Origin: Aurantiphycus algarum
Lineage (GTDB): Bacteria > Bacteroidota > Bacteroidia > Cytophagales > Cyclobacteriaceae
Direction of reading: 5' to 3'
Assembly: GCA_947492865.1 (NCBI GenBank)
Contig: CANLOR010001096.1
Location: 1 to 61,563, forward strand
Length of the DNA stretch: 61,563 nt
This document shows, in pieces, positions 12,601 to 21,600 of this stretch. Numbering within the stretch: the first letter of the stretch is position 1; every line of letters starts with the position of its first letter. The notes under the pieces were generated by a model. That model worked only from the letters and a program-made list of their open reading frames with translations, had not been told where the DNA came from and ran no database searches. A program made the position numbers and the translations under genes.

Positions 12601-15600
12601 TGGCATGTGTGGCTTCTGCACTGAAGGTCTTCACGTGCAATTCTTCCATTTCTTTACTTCCCCCTACAATTCCGGATGTATTTTGCAGAATGACCATCAC
12701 ATCGAATAATGATGCCCTGCTCATTTCACGTTCTAAGGAGAGGGAGTCTATCAAAGCATCAAACGGATACATTTGATGTTCGAAAGCTTCAAAAGTTCTT
12801 TCGGTGACATTTTCCAAGAGTCTATCAAATCCCTCTTCTCCACTGAACTGGGTTCTTAGTGCTAGGGTATTGATATAAAAGCCGATTTGATCTTCAAGGT
12901 CGGGGTGATTTCTTCCAGCAATGGGAGTACCCAATACAATATCCTGCTGCCCCGTATAGCGATACAAAAAAGCGTTTACAGTAGCCAGTATCGTCATAAA
13001 TAAGCTGGCCTCATGCTGTAGTGCGAGCGTATTCAAAGCTTCTGTTACTTCGCTGGAAAGTAGGATACCGGCCATCTCTCCTTTGTAGGTTTTTACAGGG
13101 GGCCGGATAAAATCTGTAGGTATATCGAGTATGGGGGGACCATCTTCAAACTGTTCCACCCAAAACTTTTCGGCTACGGATATCTCCCCATCGGGAAATT
13201 GGTCTTTTTGCCATAAGGCATAATCTTTGTATTGGATTCTCAGTGCGGCCGGGCTAGGATTTTTCCCGTTTTTATAAGCGTTATAAAAATCGGCCACTTC
13301 GTTGAAAAGTATTTCCAAAGACCACCCGTCTGAAATAATGTGATGTAAGGTAAGGAGAAATACATATTTATGTGCTGACAACTTAATCAGTTTTGCCCTG
13401 ATGAGCGGCCCTTCTTCCAAATCGAATGGTACTCTGGCCTCTTCGTTGGCCATGCTCTTGGCCTTATCTTCCGATGCTTCGATTTCACTCAGGTCCGTAT
13501 AGGGTATATCAAGATTTTTCCATGGGCGGATTATTTGTTTTACCTGACCTTCTACCAGTGTAAACGTAGTGCGCAATATTTCATGACGCTCGATCAATTG
13601 ATCAAAGCTTGCCTTCAGTGCTTTGATGTCCAAAGGGCCTTCAAAAAGGTATGCCGCCGGCATGTTGTAGGCCGAGGCCGCTTCACCTTCCAGTTGTTGT
13701 AGTATCCATAAGCGTTTCTGACCGTGGGATACATCATAATACTCGGCGCTTGGAACACGACCTATGGGCTCAAAAGTTTGTTTTTGGGATTTGTCCAGTA
13801 CAATGGCCAGCTCTGCTATGGTCGGCGTTTCGAATATTTGCTTAAAGGTCAGTTCTACATCAAAAACCTTACTGATACCCGTGATTACCCGGATGGCTTT
13901 TAGTGAGTGTCCTCCTATTTCAAAGAAATTATCCTGGATTCCTATACGCTCTTTCTGTAGTACATCTTGCCATATTTCTACAAGCCTTTCTTCTACGGCA
14001 TTTCCAGGAGCCTCGTATGTTTTCCTGATGGTCGCCTTGTCAGGTCTTGGAAGACTACCTACATCGATTTTGCCGTTTACAGTAAGTGGAAGGGATGTCA
14101 ACTCTATATAATCCGTAGGAATCATATAGACAGGCAGTAATTTTTCCAAAGACCTTTTCAGTGTCAGGGCATCCGTTTCTTTGGCATCACTTGTTTTAAC
14201 AAAATAGGCACATAAAGACTTCTCATTTTCCTCATTACCCCATGCCATCACTTTGACTTTCTCTAGGTTAGGATTCTGGAGCAGAGTACATTCAATCTCA
14301 CTGGGTTCTATTCTGAACCCTCGAATCTTCACCTGATCATCTACCCTGCCCATAAACGATATCAAGCCATCAGAGCGCCATTGTGCTTTGTCTCCCGTTT
14401 GGTAAAGAGTGCCTTTGGCAAAAGGTTTTTCAACAAACTTTGCTTTGGTCAGTTGATGGTCGCCCAGATAGCCGCGGGCCACTCCCTCACCTCCCAAATA
14501 CAATTCTCCGGAAACTCCCGTAGGGCATATATTGCCCCACCGGTCCACAATATAGGCAGTGGTATTGCTTATCGGTTTGCCTATAGGGATGTTGACTTCA
14601 TGTTTTTTATCGATAGTATAACAAAGGGAAAATGTGGTGTTTTCCGTAGGCCCATAACCGTTGACCAATTTCAGTTTCGGAAACCTGTCCCTTACTTCGT
14701 TGATGTGATGGGGTGACAGTGCCTCTCCTCCCACCAATAGCCAGGACAGAGAGGAGAAGACTTCAATATCGTGATCTACTACCTGATTGAACCAAGAGGA
14801 GGTCATCCACATCGTCGATATTCTGCTCTCTATCAGTTTTTGTTTCAGTGAGTCGGTTTTCAGTAGTTCTTCCTGTGGTAGGATATGAAGTTCGCCCCCA
14901 TTCAATAAAGCTCCCCAATATTCAAAGGTGGTGGCATCAAAGGATATGGATCCGGTCTGTAAGATTTTTGTCTGACTATCCAGCTCGACATAATTAGTGT
15001 TTTTCACCAGTCGAATGACATTTCTATGTTCTACCATGACACCTTTGGGCTTGCCCGTAGTCCCGGATGTGTAAGCAATATAGGCTAGGTCAGAAGGCAT
15101 AATCGTACTTGGGGGATTGTCCGATATCTCCGCATACACCTCTTCACTGTCGAGCATCAGTAGTTCGACACTTCCCAGTTGTTGTTCTTCCAAGAGCTTT
15201 AAAACGGTATCGTTCAACGTGACCAATAACAAGTTCATTTTACTATTGGACAAAACGTAGCCTATTCGGTCGCTCGGAAAGTCAATATCTATCGGCAAAT
15301 AAGCTCCGCCTGCTTTGAGGATACCCAGTATCCCTATGATCAGTTCTTGGGATTTGTCCAATAACAGCCCGACGGGGGTACCCTTGGCCAACCCTTTGTT
15401 CTTTAGTGTATGGGCCAGCCTATTGGCTTTCTCATTTAGTTCGGTATAGGTCAATGCCACATCATCATAGACCAGTGCCACACTCTGGGGACTGTTCTGT
15501 ACCTGTTGTTCAAATAGTCTCGGAATATTGTCCGTATCAGGAAGGGGTACCCTTGTGTCGTTATAATCGATGAGCCACTGATTTCGTTCTTCTTTTGTGA

Positions 15601-18600
15601 GCAATTCTATATCCGAGAGTAATCTTTCGGGACTACCGATGATTTCCTTTAAAAGGAATGTATAGTGTCCGAGCATCCTTTCTGCGGTACTTTTTAAAAA
15701 CAGTTCGGTACTATATTCCAGTCCAAGTCGTATACCGTCGTCATATTCGACACAGTGTAATGTCAGGTCAAATTTAGAACTCTGTTGTCCCTCCAATTCA
15801 TACGGTTCTATATGACTTTCCTGCAATTGATCATTGGACTCTTCTTCGTTATGGTAGGAAATCATCACATCGAACAATGGACGTCTTCCTGCTTTCGTAT
15901 CCAAGTGGAGAGCTTCCACCAAATCGTTAAACTGAAAGTCCTGATTTTCAAAAGCTTCTACACTGATAGCTTTTACCTCGTTGAAGAACGTTTTTATCAT
16001 TTTATCTCCTTTGGGCCTTGCCCTAAGGGCAATCGTGTTGACCATCATACCAATGACCGAGCGAAAGGCCGGGTTTTGTCTTCCAGAAGTAACGGTACCG
16101 ATGATAATGTCCTCTTGGTTCGAATATTTGCTCAAAAACAGGTAGTAGGCGGTCAGCATAAACATAAACAGGGTAACCCCTTGTTCTTCGCAGTAATCCT
16201 TCAAAGTCCTTAATTGGTATTTATCAAATACAATCGATACGTTGTCTCCTGAACCTGTAATCGAATCCGGCCTGATATGATCTGTGGGAAGTTCCAGTTG
16301 GGGGATATCATTTTCAAACTGTGCCAGCCAGTAGTTTTTCTGGCTGATCAGGGTATCGCTGTCATTGAGTTTTTGTTGCCATAGGGCATAATCCCTATAT
16401 TTTGTTTCAACCTTTGGTAACTCAAAACCGGAATAGAGCTGCGAGAATTCATAACTGATGAGGTCTTCCGATATACCGTCTATGATGATGTGATGCTTAT
16501 CGATAAGTATTAGGTATAGCTCTTGGTCTACTTCTCTCAGTTCAATGATTTTTATCCTTAATAGCGGCCCTGAACTAATATCGAATGGTTTTATGAAATG
16601 ACGTATCTCCTGTAGTACTTCCTTCCCGTTCAGCTTCCAATCGAAACTTTCTACATGCTCTATTTCAAAATCCCATTCATCGGAAATAACCTGAACGGGT
16701 GTCCCTCCCTCTGACCTGAATGAAGTCCTGAATATCTCATGTCTAGCAATCAAGGTATCGAATATCCCCCTCAAATGGTCTATGTCCACTTTACAACGAA
16801 TGAGCAATGCTTGAGGCATATTATATACCAGACTTTTGGGATTCAGTTGGTATAGGGCATAAAGACGGAGCTGCGCGGAAGATAGGGGGTATACTGAATT
16901 TTCTGTTTCCTCGGTTTCTTTAATGACAATACTTTCTTCACTTGCTTTTTCCATTGTGGCAAGTAGGCATTTTGCCAATTCGGAGATTGTAGGGTGCTGG
17001 AAAATCTGTTTTATGGATAGGCTGACCTGAAATGCCTTATTGATAGCTCCTATGAGCCGAATAGCTTTTAGAGAATGCCCCCCTAACTTAAAAAAATGAT
17101 GCCGAATACCTACTTCCTCGATATTCAATATCTTTTCCCATAGTGCCACCAACTGTTTTTCGGTTTCATTTCTAGGTGGTTCATAACTGAGCGAATTCTC
17201 CACGGCATTCGGTTTGGGCAAGGATTTTCTATCCACCTTACCATTGACGGTCAGCGGCATTTTTTCCAATACCACAAAGTGCTGGGGTACCATATATTCC
17301 GGGACTCTTTCAGTAACAAACTGCCTGATTTCTTCACTAACGGTTACTCTTAAAATGTTTGCAGGAGTATAGTAAGCACAAATAAACCTGTCGTTGACAT
17401 CGTCCTTACCTGTCAGGACCAGTACGACTGCCTCTTTGACTTCCGGACTCTCCAACAATACCTGTTCGATTTCGTCCAGCTCGATTCTATAGCCTCTGAT
17501 TTTTACCTGATTGTCCTTTCTGCCCAAAAATTCGACTTGGCCATCGGGCAGCCATTTGGCGGTATCTCCTGTCAGGTACATCACCCCTCCATTAAAAGGG
17601 TCTTTCACGAACCTTTCATCAGTTAGGTTTTTTTTATTCAAATAACCTCTCGCTACGCCTGTCCCTGCTATGCACAACTCCCCTACCAGACCTTCGGCAA
17701 CAAATTGCCTGTTTTTGTCCAATATATAGAACTTGGTATTGGCCATCGGCTTTCCGATAGGTACATAAGGAATATCCTCTACCTGATCGACACTGGATAC
17801 CTCATAAAATGAGGAGTCAATAGTGGTCTCGGTAGTACCATAACTGTTGATTATCCGTATATCCGCACCATGCCTGGCCAGTAATGTCTTGAAGTCCCCT
17901 ACCGGACAGCTATCCGAGCCCAATATCAGCATATTCAACCAAGATATATCCAGTTCCTTATCGAAAATATAACTCATCAAGGGTACCGCATAAGAGGGTG
18001 TCACCTCTAAAACACTGACTTGGTGTTTTTCCATGATACCAAAGAGTCCCGCAGGGTCCAGTCGAGCCTCATCGGGGCAGAGTACGAGCTTTCCACCGGA
18101 CAGTAGACTTCTACATAGGTCCCCACAGAAAACATCGAATGAGAAACTTGCCATCTGTAAAACTGTGGTCTTATCGCTTAGACCATACTCTTCTATCCAG
18201 CATTGTGCTATGTTGACCAAGGAACGATGGGTGACCATTACTCCCTTTGGCTTACCTGTTGTTCCTGAGGTATAGATTACATAGGCTAGGTTATCCTCGT
18301 CATGGGAGATTTGGGGATTCGAAATGTCCTTACTGTATGTGTCCTCATTGTTCAGGTCCAACACTCCTCCTACGCTCAGGTCTTGGATTGTTTCCTTCCC
18401 TGTATTGAACAATAGCAGGTTTATATCAGCATCCTCGATGATATATCTGATACGCTCGGCAGGGTAAGTATAATCTATCGGTAGGTAGCCGGCACCGCTT
18501 TTTAGTACTGCCAGCACTGCTACTATCATCTCCGGGGACCGCTCTGCCATGATTCCGACCAGCACTTCCGGTCCACAACCTTCTGCTATAAGACGGTGAG

Positions 18601-21600
18601 CCAATCGATTGGCCCTCTCGTTGAGCCGGTTATAGGTGAGTCGCTCTTCACCGAATACTACTGCTGTTCCAGTTCCATAAAATGCCACTTTTTCCTCAAA
18701 AAGGGTAATCATCGTTTTTCCTTTTTGATAATCCTTAAAGGTATTATTATAGGTTTCCAGAAAAAGTGATTCTTCCTCCTCGCTCAGGTACTTTAGGTAG
18801 TCCAAAGGTTTTGTAGGGTTGGAAATGGCATCTCTCAAGATATGTTCTATATGAGTAGACATCCGTTCCATTCTATGGCCCCCGAAAAGATCCGAATTGT
18901 ATGAAATGGCAAGAAATAGCTCCCCATCGTCCTCGGGGGTAAAATCTATGGAAAGGTCGAACATGCTGGTACTCACATCTCCTTCCAGCATAGCAGAAGA
19001 AAGACCTTCTAATTTCAGGTCGTCAATGGACACCTCATTTAGGTTTTGTAATGAAACCATGATGTCAAATATGGGGGACCGGCTCAGGTCCCTTTCCAAA
19101 TCAAGATTGTCCACCAACATATCAAAGGGATAGTCTTGATGGTCATAAGCTTTTACTAAGTTTTCCTTCACTTTTTGCAGTAGGGACCCGAAACCTTCAC
19201 CCCCCGAGAACCTTGTCCTCAGGGCCAGTGTGTTGACATAAAAGCCTATCTGATTCTCTAGATCACTGCGATTCCTTCCTGCAGAAGGGCTACCGATGAC
19301 AATATCATCCTGACCTGTATACCGATATAGCAATGCCTTAGTGGCAGCTACCAGTACCATGTACAAGCTCAACCCTTGCCTTTTGGCAAAATCATGTACT
19401 TGTTCTGAAAGTCCTTTCCCGAGCGACCTGTGAAAGCTACCTCCATTATAGGTTTTGACAATGGGCCTTTTATAGTCTGTCGGCAATTGCAGGACAGGAA
19501 CCTCACCAGAGAATTGCTCAAGCCAATAATTTTTACTTGATGTAAAGACTGCTCCATCAAGTTGATTGTACTGCCAAGCAGCATAATCCTTATATTGAAT
19601 TGCTAAGGGAGGAATATCAGCGTCTTGACCTTGTAGGTACGCATTGTAATAGTTACACAGCTCTGACATCAACACCTGCATGGACCAACCATCTACGATA
19701 ATGTGATGTACAGTAAGCAAAAACAGGTGTTCGTTGTCCGCTATCCGGTATAGTTTAACCCTTAACAAAGGGCCTTCAGACAGGTCAAAGGGCTGCACTG
19801 CTTCTTTTTCGGCAAGTTGTTTTAGGGAGTTTCTATCCACATGGCTATCCCGAAGGTCAACATATCCCAGATCAAAGTCCGTGTCTTCAGGGCTTTTGAC
19901 TATCTGCACGGGCTGTTCATCGATACTACCGAAAGTAGTACGAAGTATTTCATGTCTTGCGATGCTCTTTTCGAAAGCAATACGGAGCACTTCCCGATTC
20001 AGGTCTCCCGTTAAGAGAACTGCCAAAGGTATGTTATAGGCTACTTGGTCTTCTTCCAATTGGTCCAGTATCCAAAGCCGTCTTTGCGCATGCGATATGG
20101 CGAAACCTTTCCCGAGAGTATCGTTTTTCACGCTTTCAATGGGTTGATAACGGGAAGAAGTCTTGTTTTCAAGGATCTTGGACAATGCAACAATGGTAGG
20201 GTTTTGGAACACTTCTTCCAAACTTGGTTTTATTGCCAGTTCCTGATGGATTTTCGAAACCAGTTGGGCTACTTTTAGCGAATGCCCACCTACCTCAAAG
20301 AAATTATCATTTACTCCTACCTTTTTCAGGCCCAATATTTCCTGCCATATGTCAACCAGACTTTTTTCTATAGCGGTCGATGCTTCCCTGTACTCCTGCC
20401 TTGTTGCCCTACGCTCTTCATACAGGTGCATCAATGCTTTTCTATCTATTTTCTGATTAGGGTTCAATGGCCACTCCCTTAGCGCTACAAAAAACGCGGG
20501 AACCATATACTCGGGCAGGTATTGTTTTAAGGTACCCTGAAAAGCGCGAGGGTCAGTTTCTCCGCCGATGTAGAAAGCTATAATGTACTTGGACCCTTCA
20601 CTATCCTCATGCGCGAGCACACATACATCCTCCAAATCGGTATATTCCAATAAACGGCTCTCGATTTCACCGAGTTCTATTCTATACCCTCTTATTTTGA
20701 CCTGAAAATCGTCTCTTCCCGAAAACCTGACCTGTCCCATGCTGTCCCACATCCCAATATCCCCTGTTCTGTAGAGGATATCCTCTTTTTGAAAAGGGTT
20801 ATCCACAAACTTTGTGGCACTAAGCTCTCCTCTATTGTGATAACCAAGGGTGACACCGCTTCCACCGATACAGATTTCTCCCTTTACACCCTCTGGAACC
20901 AAGTTATTCTCTTTATCCAATAGGTAAATATCAGTACCGGGCATGGGGCGACCGATGATACTGCCACTGACACTTGATTTGCTAAAAGTATCATTGGAAT
21001 AGGTAATGGCAGTGCAAAACACTGTCGCCTCGGTCGGTCCATAGGTAACTGATATACTCGCTTTCGGAAAGGCATCCGATAGCATAATCAATAATCGGTC
21101 GGGGACACTATCTCCACCGATAAACAGGTGTACTATATGCTCAAATTCTTTTTGAGCATTGTTTTCCAAGATATAAGTGGCCACTTGTCGGTACACAGCG
21201 GGTACCGTATCCACCACCGTTGCCTCTTTTATCCGGCCCACGAAGTTGGCGATATCCAATACTACTTCCGGCATCAATATATCTACGGTACCTCCCTGCA
21301 CCAAAGGGAGAAAGACTTGAAACATCGCGATATCAAAGGCATTGGATGCAATAAAAGGCATTATCAATGGTCGATGCCATGTAAAATGGGATTGTACATG
21401 ACTCAAAAAACCATTTAGATTCCGATAACTCACCTTGACTCCTTTGGGTTTTCCGGTAGAGCCGGAAGTATAGAGGATATAGGCTATATCCCTCGGGAAA
21501 TACGTAGGTTCAAACTTAGACGAAAGCCCCTCAAGTCCCTCCCACACTTCCTCCTGATAAAGATATGGAGTAGTGCCGGGTTTATAGGTTTGATTCCGGT

